From NCBI RefSeq assembly GCF_902713615.1, contig NC_052155.1:55506315-55570314 (forward strand): 64,000 bases of DNA, read 5' to 3'. The notes under the pieces were generated by a model. It was not told the DNA's origin and ran no database searches. It saw only the letters and a list, made by a program, of their open reading frames with translations. Both the position numbers and the translations under genes were made by a program. This DNA comes from Scyliorhinus canicula. Lineage: Eukaryota. Shown here piece after piece: positions 36,752 to 50,334 of this stretch (position 1 is its first letter; the number at the start of each line of letters is the position of its first letter).

Positions 36752-39700
36752 TGTTGTGTTCTGTGATCTCACCATTGATAATGATACAAAACATGTAGAT
36801 ATTTAACTGGAACAAATGATTGTCAAATGCGTGGAAAGACAACTAACAGTATAATGTACGGACAAGGTTATTCAAATTCCTCAGGAGCTACTTTAAGTGT
36901 GACTGTCCTGTATGTCCTACTCCCAACTAGTGGGTCAGTCCAGTCACGTGATGGAAGTCTGGTGCCACCCGCTGGCTGGAGGTCATACCAATAGTTATAT
37001 GTGCTGATACGCAACTTTATACATTTATACAATTATAAACATTTATGTGTACATGCATATCACCACATCTCCCTTCCTTTGGAAGCATGAATATTTACAA
37101 ACATAGCTGTTTTTTTTAGTGCTGTGATATGCATGATAGCTTTAAACATATGTTACGCACATTTTGTTACAAGTTCAGTCTGTCAGGCTTGCTCCTTAAT
37201 CTGGTCGACCTCCTGAGTGCTGGCTGAAATTGTGATTGTGTGCCACCCTCGTCTGTTGTTGGTGTACTTGTTCCACATTCCTTGCTGCGGATGCATCGTT
37301 GATCATTGGCTCTGATGGGTTGTCTGTAATTTTTTCAATTATGCTGGATTCAGTACGAAAGGCCGTGCAACTTTCAGTTATGCTCGCAATACTGATCAAT
37401 CCTCAGTGATCACCATAAACGACTGTGGACCTGCCTGTCGCAAAACCTTTGTCAAATTTACCCATCAATTGCCACTGGCATCCTCAAGTCTGATGGTGTG
37501 CCCTGGCTGCAGTGGCTGGAATTTCCTTGTGCACTTATCATATGTCTCTTTCTGCTTCACCTTTTGAAGAAGCAATTTCCTCTTTAGCCGTCGATCTACG
37601 GGGAGAGCCTCCATGGATGGCAGGGTCATTCGTAGCTGCCTGTTCATGAGCCGCTGTGCTGGCAACAGTCCATTGACAGGTGGCGCCGAACGGTAACTCA
37701 GAATCGACAAGTAGATATCTTCCCTGCTAGCAATGGCCTTCTTTAGCAGCTGCTTGACCATGTGCACACCGTTTTCCACCTTCCCATTCGACTGGTGATA
37801 TAAAGGGCTAGAGATGATGTGCCTGAAATCATAGTGACTGGCAAATTCAGTCCATTCCTGATTCTTGAAACACGGCCCATTGTCCGACATGACAATGGAT
37901 GGTATATCATGTCAGGCAAAAATCATTTTGGCATGTTGAATGACACATGGGCAGTCGGGTTCACTGAGATATTTGACTAACATTTGCAGGACTACATCCT
38001 TGGCTGTTTCTGCCGTTATCAAGCGCAGCTTCTCATCGGAGACCGGGAGTGATGCAGCAAAGAGATTAACATGCAGTTGGACAGCATCCTCATCCAGACA
38101 TATCTCATTGATGCCAGTGGCTCAAAAGAGCGTGACAGTGACTTCAAGGTGCTTGCCTAGCATGTTAATGAGATTAAAGTAGTAGCACTGGAGTTTCATC
38201 ATTGGACACAAGTGGCCTGTGGTCAGTCTCTACTAGAAACAAAGGCAGCCCATATAGACAGTCATGGAATTTCTCTAGACCGTGACTAGCCCAAGGCATT
38301 CCTTTTCGATCTGTGCATACCTGCGTTCCATGTTGGCCATTGCCCTCGCGCGTATGCCACCGCAGCCAACTGCTGTCTGCAACCTGTTGTAGAAGCACCG
38401 CTCCAAGGCCATCCTGGGTTGCATCTGTTGAAATCTTGTCTTTTTTGGTGGGTCAAAGAAAGCAAGGACTGGCGCCATCGCCAGTGAGGTATGCAAGCGC
38501 TTGCCACTCCTGCTCGTATTTATGAGACCACTGAAATGCTACGTCCTTTGTTATGGAGAATCGCAGCTGGGTCGCCTTGGAGGCCAGGTTGGGAATGAAC
38601 TTGCCCACAAATTTGATCATCCTCGGTATGCGTAAAACACCTTTCTTGTCTGGGGGACCTGTTACCGTGAACAGCTACGCAACACACCTCTCGTCAGGCT
38701 GCGCCTGAAGGCCAAAGGCAAAAACATTGAGTCTAAACTGTTGTTTGAAATCGCGCCAGTTTTTGTCTGTTACCCAGACTTGAAGCTGGTGGGTGCCTTT
38801 AAACCTTCCATCGCGAATTTCACCGTTGTTTGTTTTGTTGAGTCGCAAATATCCATAGTTCACCAGGTCGGCAGAGATTTCTTTTTCGCTCTTCGGCATT
38901 CTTCGCCTCGCCTCTTCTGTTGTTACCTTTTAGATGTTCTGAACTGTTCTGGTACCATGTTGTGTTCTGTGGTCTCAACGTTGACAATGATACTCATAGA
39001 ATATGTGGATATTATCAGAGACTCCAGACTTTGCATTCTTCCAGACCCTTCCACCAGGCAGAAGAATTAGAACATTACAGCGCAGTACAGGTCCTTCGGC
39101 CTCGATGTTGCGCCGACCAGTGAAACCGATCTAAAGCCCATCTACACTATTCCATTATCATCCATATATTTATCCAATGACCATTTAAATGCCCTTAATG
39201 TTGGCGAGTCCAGTACTGTTGCAGGCAGGGCATCCCATGCCCCTACTACTCTCTTGAGTAAAGAACCTACCTCTGACAGCTGTCCTATATCTATCTCTCC
39301 TCAGTTTAAAGCTATGTACCCTCATGCTAGCCATCAGCATCCGAGGAAAAAGGCTCTCACTGTCCACCCTATCTAATCCTCTGATCATCTTGTATGCCTC
39401 TATTAAATCACCTCTTAACCTTCTTCAAGTCTGAAAACCTGCACATCCAGACATAGGAACAGCTTCTTGCACACAGCTACTAGACTCAACGACTCTCCCT
39501 CGGATTGATCTGTTCCCTGTAAGAACACTATTCACGATGTCCTATGCTGCTTGATCATGTATTTGCTTTGTTTGGCCCCTTGTTCCGCACTGTAACCAAT
39601 CACTGTTTGTTGATGTACCATTTGCCAATGTACTCTGTCGATTATTCATTTTTTGTCTACTGTGTATGTTCCTAGCTCCAAAAAAATACTTTTTACATGT

Positions 39701-39970
39701 GACAATAAATTGAATCATCAAATATTTAACTGGAACAAATGATTTATTGTCAAATGCGTGGAAAGGCAACTAACGCTATTATGTACAGCAAGGTTACTCA
39801 AATTCCTTGGGAGCTATTTTAAGTGCGGCTGTCGTGTTGTACGTGCTACCAATTTACAGGTCAGTCCATCATGTGATAGACTTCTGATGCCACCCGCCAG
39901 CCGAGGTCATACCAATGGTTACATGTGCTGATATGCAACTTTATACATTTGTGCAAAATGTATATTTATG
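36752..39970 (-). mobile_element. Internally deleted Ty3/Gypsy LTR retrotransposon
   Basis: 3' LTR at 36752-37067 with PPT at 37068-80. 5' LTR from 38958 with PBS TGGTACCAGAA, split by LINE inserts at ~39000-39720. Remnants of gag (NWRDFKQQF), RNase H (RYAQIEKECLG, ETDHRPL) and integrase (SDNGPCF..SSPLYHQSNGKVE). Confidence 0.88.
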
Positions 39971-40304
39971 ACTGAGGTCTTAGGTAGATTCTTGATCAGT
40001 AAGATAATCAAGGGTTATGGCAAAAGAGCAAGAAAATGGACGCTCAAATGTTGGATCAGCCATGACCAGCCATGATCCTACATGGACAGGGAACCACAAA
40101 GAATGTCTGCATGCTGCAAATCAAATACCTGGTCAAATAATGATGCTACTTGGGGTTGTGGACTTTATTTTCTTTGTACTTATTTTTTTCTTTGATGTCG
40201 TTCGTGGCCCGACGACTGCTCCATCTGCGAATTTCACCGTATTCCCCACAGTAACACTGTAACCAACTTGAGACTTTGCCAGTGGGGAGAAATCACGAAT
40301 TATT

Positions 40305-40698
40305 TTTTTTTTAATAAACAATTTTATTGAGGTAGTTTTTGGCTTTATAAACAGTTACAGACATCGTCAGAAAGAAAGCAAAAAAGGCAAAAACGTGCAA
40401 ACATCCACGTACTTTCAATACTTCCATCGTAACATATTGCACAAGCCCGCTCCTCTCCCACCGGTACTACCCGCCATATTTTCCCTCCTACTCTACTCTA
40501 CCCACCCATCCCCTGCTGACGCTCACTCTCCCGCAAAGAAGTCAATAAATGGTTGCCACCTCCGGGCGAACTCCTGCACAGATCCCCTGAAGGCGAACTT
40601 AATTTTTTCCATACCCAGGAAACTCGACATGTCCGCAAGCCACCACTCAATCTTCGGGGGATTTGAGTCCCTCCACGCCAATAGTATTTGTCGCCGGG
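40305..40698 (-). mobile_element. Young 5'-truncated L1-clade insertion in the UQCRB upstream region
   Basis: TSD gaaatcacgaattatt (40289-304, 40699-714), poly(A) tail and AATAAA on the minus strand. Open ORF2 C-terminus RRQILLAWRDSNPPKIEWWLADMSSFLGMEKIKF..RWQPFIDFF. Confidence 0.88.
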
Positions 40699-40739
40699 GA
40701 AATCACGAATTATTAAGTCTGCATTGTACCATTGCAGGA

Positions 40740-41300
40740 CGTGGTGCTTCCACTGCCAGCATGCAGCACCTTATCCTCATCGAGCAAGAGCAGACTCTGC
40801 AATCAACACAGGCACGTGCACCTCCGGCTTACGTATCAAAGGCACGCTCACGCGCGAATCGTCATTACTCACGCGCACGCAGGACGGGACCAAGACTGTC
40901 CTGCACACCCGCGCGGGGACGCGCACGCATACACGCACGCACGGCATCTTTACGTGTCTCCACCACCCCCTGCGGATTATTCTGGATGGTGATAACCGCG
41001 CAGCCGCACTGACCTCCTGGCCAAGAAGATGGCGGCGAGAGCCCCAGGTGAGAGCTACTGGTTGTTATAAGCCGCTGCCTAGGCGAGGGCGAAGGGGAGG
41101 GAGAGGTCGGACGTGATGAAGCCGGTATAACGGCTCCTGCGCGCCTCTTGTGACAGTGTACCGTCCAGCTGGTCAGAGATGAGCGCTTCGGCCTTGGGTT
41201 GTCCTTGAAGGGGATGTGGGGCGATTGCCCCGGCGGCCATCAGAGTGAGGGAGTCCCACTCGGGGCTGAGCTCCTGCCCGGGGACCGTGACTAACTCCAG
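40740..41300 (+). promoter_or_regulatory. UQCRB CpG-island promoter
   Basis: Dense CpGs, repeated gcgcacgc motifs (NRF1-like) and a YY1/TISU motif GAAGATGGCGGC over the ATG. Confidence 0.8.
41029..41047 (+). CDS. UQCRB: Cytochrome b-c1 complex subunit 7, exon 1 (19 bp)
   Basis: ATGGCGGCGAGAGCCCCAG|GTGAGA inside the CpG island; phase 1 matches exon 2. Confidence 0.9.
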
Positions 41301-42249
41301 CGGCAGGACAGGTTCCCGCCCTGAGGCCTGTAACTCCCTGACATTGGGAAGGGAAAGGAAACTTGCCTTGATATCGAGCTCAAGGTGACCCAGGAGAAGA
41401 ATCCTTGATGGAGACCGTTCGGCTGGTCGTGCCCGTGCTGCCTCTTTGGCGGCACGTTGATCAGATAGATTCTTCTACATGTTTTGGGAATACCCCTCTT
41501 TTTGTCTTTTATACTGTCACTTTCCTGGTCGAGATGAAGATAATTGAAGTCTCCTATTGTCACTGCTCTGTAGTCCTCACATCTCTAATTTTCCTGTAAA
41601 GACCCTCTTCTAAATCTTAAACTATTTGGGACTCAATGGTATACACCCTGATCAGTAATAGCTCCTGCCTTTGACTTCCAACTGTATCATCCTCCATTAC
41701 TGTAACTGTTTATGAGGGGTGGCACAGCATTGCTGGCTCACAGCACCAGGTACCCGGGCTTGATTCTGACCTTGGGTCATTGTGTGGAGTTTGCACATTC
41801 TCCCCGTGTCTGTATGGGTTGCCTCTGGGTGCGCTGCCCCCCCCCCCCCCCCCCCAAAAGACCAAACATGTGCAGGTTAGGGGCTTTTCACAGTAACTTA
41901 ATTGAAGCTACTTGTGACAATAAGTGATTATTATTATTATAGGTGGATTGGCCATGCTAAATTATCCCTTAGTGTCCAGAGTGAGATTATGGGAATATAG
42001 TGGGGGATTGGGCCGAGGTAGGGTGATCTAGCAGAGGGTCAGTGCAGACTCGATGGGCCAAATGGCCTCATTCTGCACTGTAGGGATTTTGGGATCGATA
42101 CTGTCATCCCATTTCCTGTTACCTTCCTTTTCTTTCCTTAATTCCTTGTAGCCATGAGTATTAAGTTCTCAGTCGTTCCCTTGTTTGAGCCAGGTCTCTG
42201 TCATTGTCACACTATTGAAGATCTATGTTAATTCTTCTGATCTGACTTT

Positions 42250-43130
42250 CTACACACATTGCTCAAGCATGAATCCAGAGTTGAATTCAGCAATTCTGTA
42301 GTTGAATTCTGTTTTAACGACACCTTGTATTCCCAAATAGATGGTGTCACCATGGGATCCCCTCTAGCCCCACTCCAAACATCTTTGTTGGTTTCCATGA
42401 GAAATGCAACACTGATGGAATGACACCTAACCTCCTATTCCTTGCATATTTCCAATAAGTAGATATGTTTGCTATATTTGAATCAAGAACTGCATGTAAG
42501 AACATTTTAGGTGCTTATTCATCTTATTCATCCTGCGCTTAAATTCACCTTTAAAATGGAGCAGTCAAACAAGCTCCCTTTCCTCAATACGCTAGTTAAG
42601 AAATCTGCCCAGGATTCTCTATTGTTTCCTGCAAGCCGACCTTCATTGGGCAATATATGCATTGACATCCTGCAGTTCCAATTACCATAAGATTGGCCTT
42701 GTAAGCAACTTTGTAAACAGGGCTCAAGCCATTTGGTCACTGTACAAGCTTGATGCTGAAATAGGGCACATCAAAGCCATGCTGCAGGATAATGGCACCA
42801 TGATTAGATCATGGCTCACTTTATATCATGCAGACTCATGAATGGGCCTAAGGTTGCTACTTTCAGACCTGAAAAGTGCCCAGTTCTACCTCATTACCTG
42901 GAAGGGTAAGGTGTCTCAAAGATTGGAACAATAGGTGAAACTAGCATGTTGTCAGTATGCAGTAGCAACACGGGTAGTGTTTTCCACTAACAATGCTGCC
43001 ATCAAATCGAAAGGATATCCTGCCTGTCACACTAATGAGCAATGTGGTATATGAATTTCAATGCCGGTGTGGTATCAGGTATATAGGCTGTACACTCCAA
43101 TGATGGCAGATCGTATCAAACAGCAAGAGC
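42250..43130 (+). mobile_element. Penelope-like element remnant
   Basis: RT motif EFCFNDTLYSQIDGVTMGSPLAP (~42300-42375) and GIY-YIG-like NVVYEFQCRCGIRYIGCT (~43040-43095); frameshifted. Confidence 0.75.
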
Positions 43131-43340
43131 CTTCACTCTGCTCCCTTGCAGTCACACACTGGTTTTCCTGAACCTCTGTGTTAGAGTGTGTTCTATATAA
43201 AACTATTAAATTTATTTCCCTCTGTTATGCTTTGGGAGCATTTATCAATCACTTTTGAGCTCAATGAATGAGTCTGAGTGATTGGAGGTAGAGATGTTTC
43301 CTGGATTGTGATAACTTTGAGCACTAATGTCTCTCACCCT

Positions 43341-44578
43341 TGTTAGGATATTGGGCCACACCCCAACATTTGTTAGCACATCGGACTAGAACCCCAGTTT
43401 TTAAAATTTTGTAAAACTTTTCTTGTGTTTCTAATAATTTCATTTGTAATTGAATTTTAGCTAATTTTAATGTTTCAGATTGTGTCTCTGGCAAAGTTAA
43501 ATGCTGAGCTATCGCTTCAATTATCTCCACCTTCCTCACCCCCTTCAGGTAAAGTCAACTGCAACTTGACTGCCAAATCCAAAAGCTTTGTTTTAACCAC
43601 CCTTTGTAAACCAACCAGAGTGATCTCTTCCACACCCAGGAAACTCTTTGCCACTGAAAGAACCATTTTACCAGTCACTCCCTGTTTAAACTGACAAGAG
43701 TATCAACACCTGAAATAAAGCACCAGTTTCTCTCACACGCTGTCTTTACATTCAATAATCCAAAACAAACTAGGAATGATACTTTTTAATCCCGATAAGA
43801 GCCCCAATTTTGTTAGGACACTGGACCAAACCCTAATATTTGGTAGGATACCAGACAAAACCCAAACAATTTTTTTTTTTAAAGTAAAACTGTGAGGAAT
43901 GGATACTTAACCCCAGGAGTGATCACTCTGGCCAATAGGTATCTTTTATGTTAATACAAACTTTAAATTAAACACATAATTAACCACATTAACATCAAAG
44001 AAAATAGCTGTGCAATTATCAGTTAAATTCTTCTTAAATACAAGGAAAAACCTAAACTTATTATCTATACCTGCTACTAACTCCAATTAAGCAATACAGT
44101 TCAAATGCCACTGATAAATAAAGTTAACAAACAGATTACTTGCTTGGTTGTGTATACACTCTTGGAGAGTGCGGCCCTTTCAGGAGCAGAACCAATACAT
44201 TTCAGCTCAACCTAGCAGCATTTGGCAAAACTGCTATGTAACTTAAAATCCTTCTGTCTTGTCAGACTCAAATTCTGGGGCAAACGGCAAAACTACAGAC
44301 AGATCTGGTCCCTCCCATAATTGCATATCTGTATCCCATTAAGATATCACATGACCTGCTTAGTTAGGACTAAATATATTGCCTCATAAATTATGTACTC
44401 TCCAGGAAATATCCAGTAATCATAATGATCCATAAACCCTCTGTGTAAACAAGTAAATCGTTAGAATCGATCATGACTTCACCTTTTATGACTTCTTAAT
44501 TACAGCTTTAGCATACACACATAACTTTAATCTAGGTTCTTTAACATTACTGCAACAAATATATACCTTTTAATAACA
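43341..44578 (-). mobile_element. Gypsy (Gmr1-like) LTR element with a large internal deletion
   Basis: LTR at 43811-44578 (TG..CA), tRNA-Pro-like PBS (TGGGGCTCTTATCGGG) and gag N-terminus (..LLDLAVKLQL..RKVEIIEAIAQHL). An ~80-bp stub of the other LTR lies at 43341-43420. Confidence 0.7.
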
Positions 44579-45156
44579 TTACTGCCATAAATATAATATA
44601 ACCATTTCTACATTCATCACGCCTTCTCTCAGTCTTACAAGTAATAGCCCGTGGCATTTTAAACCTATGAAAAATATGCGGCTTGCGTCGATATAGACCC
44701 TTTTAAAGTGAATTAAGTACTTCAGAAATGTAGTCATTGTTGTGAGGTAGGAAACATAGCAAGCTCTCGCAAACACAAGTATGATAGTGGCCAGGTAGTT
44801 TTTTTTATTCATTCATGGGATGTGTGTGTGACTGGCTGGGCCAACATTTATTGTCCAAATCCAAGGGCATTTATGGGTTGACCACATTGCTCTGGATCTG
44901 GAGTCACGTGCAAACCAGACTGGGTCAGGACGCCAGATTTCACTCCCTAAATTACATTAGTGAACCAGATGGGTTTTTACAACAATGGTCTCAGGGTCAT
45001 CATTAGACTTTTTTTAATGATGTTTTTATTGAATTCAACTTTCACCAACTGCCATGGTGGGATTTGAACCCGGGTGCCCAGAGCATTACCCTGGATTTCT
45101 GGGTTACTCGTCCAGCGACAATACCGCTCCGCCACTGCCTCCCTGTTACTTCAGAG

Positions 45157-45822
45157 GTAAATGGTGCCGAGGTGGAGATGGTTGACAGCTTCAAATTCCT
45201 AGGTATGCACATAACCAACAGTCTGTCCTGGTCCACCCACGTCGACGCTACAACCAAGAAAACACAGCGCCTACACTTCCTCAGGAAACTAAGGAAATTC
45301 AATATGTCCACATTGACTCTTACCGATTTTTACAGATGCACCAATAAAAACATCTTATCAGACAGCATCACAGCCTGCTTGGCCCAAGGTTGCAAGAAAC
45401 TTCAGAGAGCCGTGAACACAGCCTAGTCCATCACACAAAGCTGTCTCCCATACATTGACTGTCTACACCTCCCACTGCCATGGGAAAACAGGCAGCATAA
45501 TCAAAGCATAATCCCACCCGGATTAATTCTCCCATCGGGCAGAAGATACAAAAGCCTGAGAACAAACAACTAACAGGTTCAAAAACAGCTTCTTCCAACT
45601 GTTACCAGACTCCTGATTGACCCTCTTAGGGCTGAACTGAAATCTCTTTGCATCTTCTCTACTGTTGTAGCACTATACTCCATATGCTTCACCTGATGTC
45701 TATGTATTTACATTGTGTATTTATCGGATGCCCTGTGTTTTACATGTATAGAACGATCTGCCTGGACTGTGCGCAGAACAATATTTTTCACTGTACTTGG
45801 TACACGTGACAATAAATCTAAA
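45157..45822 (+). mobile_element. Rex1/Babar-type LINE 3' fragment
   Basis: VEMVDSFKFLGMHITNSLSWSTH..QRLHFLRKLRKF. Related copies at 47420-48825 and 60160-60690. Confidence 0.75.
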
Positions 45823-46412
45823 TGCTGGTAAGGATGATGAGAAGAACTCATCTCTTTTCAAAATAGTACCATAGGATCGTTTATGTCAAATTCAGAAATC
45901 CATCATGGCCTCGGTTTGACATCACAAACAAAGTATTAGCCTTGAGTGGGGGCTTAAACTCACAGTTATCTAGCTGAGACCAGAGTGAGGCGAGCCATGG
46001 CTGACCCCTAAATTCATTTTATATTAAAACTGAGTGTAATTCATCCTCTGATAACTTGTATGAAAAAATGTGATCAGAAATTCCAAACCAACAGCAATAA
46101 ATGCTGCCTTTCTAGTATTGAAATGAAATGAAAATGAAAATCGCTTATTGTCACGAGTAGGCTTCAATGAAGTTACTGTGAAAAGCCCCTAGTCGCCACA
46201 TTCCGGCGCCTGTCCGGGGAGGCTGGTATTCATCAAAGCCCAAGAACAATGTTTTTAAAAAGTGCCCTGGCTCAATGATTTTCTTACAGTGAGTATTTTT
46301 ATGTAACTGAGTTTTTCTGTGTACACTGATTTTAAATCAGAAAATTTGGTTGCCTAGTTTGGACTTTTTCTTCTGTAAGTGAGTTATGTTTTGTATATTT
46401 TCCTTCCCCCAG

Positions 46413-46484
46413 CCAAAGCAACAAGCAGTTTGCTTCAAAGCCTTCAAAAGTGGTACTATAATGCTGCAGGGTTCAACAAATATG
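46413..46484 (+). CDS. UQCRB: UQCRB exon 2 (72 bp)
   Basis: Encodes KATSSLLQSLQKWYYNAAGFNKY; ccccccAG acceptor, GTAAGT donor. Confidence 0.96.
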
Positions 46485-47419
46485 GTAAGTTTTAGTTTAT
46501 ATTCCTGTTGACTTTTTCCATATTTTCTTTCATTCTCAGGATATAGGCATCACTGGTATGGAAAATATTTATTACCCATCTCTAATTGACTTTTAGAAAC
46601 TGGTGGTGAGCCACCTTCTTGAACCCATTCAGTTAACACTGCCACAATGCTGTTAAGTAACAGGTTCTAACATAATTGGCCTGGTGATGATATAAGTCCA
46701 AGACAAGTTGGTGTGTGACTTGAATGAAAACAAGGTGTGTGTGTTTTCAATCACCTGCTCACCTGGAGATTGCAAGTTTAGGAGGTGCTGATGAAGACTG
46801 GGCAAGTTCTGTAGTGAATCTTCTAGATAATAAATACTGCAAATATTTTAAAATGTATGACATAGGAGCAGAATTAGGCCATACCGCCCGTCGAGCATGC
46901 TCCGCCATTCAATTATGGCTGATAAGTTTCTCATCTCCATTCTCCTACCTTCTCCCCATAAGCCCTGATCCCCTTAATCAAGAACCTATATATCTTTGTT
47001 TTAAAGACACTCAGTGATTAGGCCTCCATAGCCTGCCGTGGCAACGACTTCCAAACATTCACCACCCTCTGACAGAAGAAATTCCTCCTCATCTCCATTT
47101 TAAAGGATTGTCCCTTCAGTCTGAAGCTGTGCCCTCAGGTTCTAGTGTTTCCTATGAGTGGAAACATCCTCTCCACATCCACTCTACCTAGGCATCTCTG
47201 TATTCTGTAAGTTTCAATAAGATTCCCCCCTCATCCTTCTAAACTCCAACAAGTACAGATCCAGAGTTCACAACCGCTCCCCCTTGGCACTCACATGCCA
47301 GCACATGGCTTCGGTGGGGGAAAGAGCATCACAGTAAAATCTGATTCAGAACTCAACAGTCTGCTGCTAGCCCCCACCCCAATCATTTATATCCCATTTC
47401 CTAACCCAGTGAGTACTCT

Positions 47420-48825
47420 ATTCCGTAGTTCCCATCTTCTTCAAGAAGACCATCATTATACTGGTGTCAAAGAAGAACCAGGCAACATGCCTCAACGACA
47501 ATTCCAGTGGCCTTGACATTTGTCATTTATGAAATGCTTCGAGACGTTGGTCATAAGACACATCAACTCCATTCTCACATAATGCCTTGATCCACTGCAA
47601 TTCACATACCGCCACAACCGGTCCACAGCAGACGCCATCTATTTGGCCCTACGCTCATCCCTGGAGCATCTCAACAAAAAGGACTCCTATATAAGACTCC
47701 TATTCATTGCCTACAGTTCCTCCTTCAACACCATAATCCCAGCCAAGCTCATATCAAAGCTCCAAAATTTAGGTCTGGGCTCGTTCCTCCACAACTGGAT
47801 CCTCTACTTTCTGACACATAGACCACAATCAGTAAGGATAAACAACAACACCTACTCCAGGATAATGCTCAATACCAGGGGCCCTGCAAGGCTGCTTACT
47901 TAGCCCCCTACTATACTCCCTACACATAAGTGACTGGCAAGATTTGGCTCCAATCCATCTACACGTTTGCTGACGACTTGTGGGTCAGGTCTAGAGCAAT
48001 GATGAGTCAGAATACAGGAGGGAGGTAGAGAACCTAGTGTGGTGTAACAACAATAGTCTCTCCCTCAACGTCAGCAAAACCTAAGAACTGGTCATTGACT
48101 TCAGGAAGAGAAGTATCGTACGCACCCCTGAATGAATCAGTGGAGATGGGGATGGTTGACAGCTTTAAATTCCTAAGTGTACACATCACCAACAATCTGC
48201 CCTGGTCCACCCACGTCGACGTCAAGACCAAGAAAATACAACAGCACCTACACTTCCTCAGGAAACTAAGGAAATTTGGCATCTCCACATTGACTCTTAC
48301 CAATTTTGACAGATGCAACATAGAAAGCATCCTATCTGGTTGCATCACAACCTGGTATGGCAATTGCCCGGCCCAAGGTTAAGAAACTACAGAGAGCTGT
48401 GAACACAGCCCAGTCCATCACTGGAACCTGCCTGCCAGTCATTGACTCTGTCTACAGGTTCGCCTCCCATCCATGTCCCACCGTCTTGGGAAAGCGGGCA
48501 GCATAATCAAAGATCCCTCCCACTTGGGTTATTCTCTCTTCCGACTTCTTCCGTCGGACAGGAGATTAAAAAGTCTGAGAACACGCACCAACCGGTTCAA
48601 AAACCACTTCTTCCCTGCTGTTACCAGACTCCTGAATGACCCTCTTATGGACTGAACTGATCTCGTTACATCTTCTCCACTGAATAGTACTACACTTCGT
48701 AAGCTCACCTGATTTGTGTCCCCATGTATTACATGCATGTCCTATCTTTTTTCTGTATGGACTGTATGCAGAACAATTCTTTTTGCTGTACCTCGGTACA
48801 CGTGAGAAATCAAATTCAATTTAAT
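47420..48825 (+). mobile_element. Rex1/Babar-type LINE RT remnant nested in CR1
   Basis: [34 protein letters not shown] and SFKFLSVHITNNL motifs. Confidence 0.8.
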
Positions 48826-48934
48826 TCATTCCCGAGGTCATTCTTTTGAACCCCCTCTGGACCCTTTCCGAGGCCAGCACATCCTTCCTTAGATACAGGG
48901 CCCCAAACTACTCGCAGTACTCCAAATGGGATCA

Positions 48935-50334
48935 AACGTATGCAAGCCGAAACATTTTAGACTGTCAAAATACAGTTTCATTTATATTTTCGGAATAGTA
49001 GCATGATGAGATGACTAACGTCTCAATTGTTGCAGATAAGCAACAATTGGAAGTGGCGTTGCATTGGGAGGATGGATGGCTTGTTATCAAATCAAATGTG
49101 TTTTGAATATAGCTTAAACCAATTAGGATTATATTGGGGTGTGATCGGATCGCTTAAGACAGATATGAAAGAGTATATCCATGGATGATTTGGCCACCAT
49201 TTTAGACAAGAAAGACAGAAAGACAAGAAGAAAGAAAGACAAGAAGAAAGAAAGACAAAGAGACAGAGAGAACGAGACAGGAAAGAGACAAAGAGAACAA
49301 GACAGAGAGAGAGAGAGAGAAAGTAAAGGAAGAGAATTAGAAAAGAGTTCTGTATTCCTATTTCATTTTCATACTTTGACTTCAGCCTTTGACTTTTAAA
49401 GTTGTGTTCAGGCTATTGTCTCAGAAGATAATTCCTGTGATTCTTTGAAGAAAATCAAATTGTCTACAAACTACCTTTTAAATCATTTTCAAGTTGTAAT
49501 CAATGAACTTCAATAAAACAATTCTTATTTGCACCTGACAAGTTTTTAACTTGAATTTCTACTGAGTTTCAGCAATGTCTCAACAACAACCGGCAACCGT
49601 AAATTGAAAATCTTTAAAATCCAAAGATACAACACTTGGCGTAGTCGGCAGGATTTTAAAGATTTTTCAATTTACGGTTGCCGGTTGTTGTTGAGACATT
49701 GCTGAAACTCAGTAGAAATTCAAGTTAAAAACTTGTCAGGTGCAAATAAGAATTGTTCTATTGAAGTTCATTGGTTACAACTTGAAAATGATTTAAAAGG
49801 TAGTTTGTAGACAATTTGATTTTCTTCAAAGAATCACAGGAATTATCTTCTGAGACAATAGCCTGAACACAACTTTAAAAGTCAAAGTATGAAAATGAAA
49901 TAGGAATACAGAACTCTTTTCTAATTCTCTTCCTTTACTTTCTCTCTCTCTCTCTGTCTCTGTCTTGTTCTCTTTGTCTCTTTCCTGTCTCGTTCTCTCT
50001 GTCTCTTTCTGTCTTTCTTTCTTCTTGTCTTTCTTTCTTCTTGTCTTTCTGTCTTTCTTGTCTAAAATGGTGGCCAAATCATCCATGGATATACTCTTTC
50101 ATATCTGTCTTAAGCGATCCGATCACACCCCAATATAATCCTAATTGGTTTAAGCTATATTCAAAACACATTTGATTTGATAACAAGCCATCCATCCTCC
50201 CAATGCAACGCCACTTCCAATTGTTGCTTATCTGCAACAATTGAGACGTTAGTCATCTCATCATGCTATTATTCCGAAAATATAAATGAAACTGTATTTT
50301 GACACAGTCTAAAATGTTTCGGCTTGCATACGTT
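48935..50334. repeat. Long inverted repeat (foldback): arms 48935-49622 and 49651-50334, 28-bp spacer
   Basis: The arms are reverse complements with only a few substitutions and small indels. The twin ORFs 49181+ and 50086- reflect this symmetry. Confidence 0.97.

Noticed and set aside
40395-41116. 205-aa and 142-aa ORFs upstream of UQCRB
   Set aside because: They span an antisense L1 fragment and a GC-rich CpG island, with no recognisable domain.
49181-50086. Twin Lys/Arg/Glu-rich ORFs (MDDLATILDKKDRK..)
   Set aside because: They are translations of the AG-rich microsatellite in the two palindrome arms.
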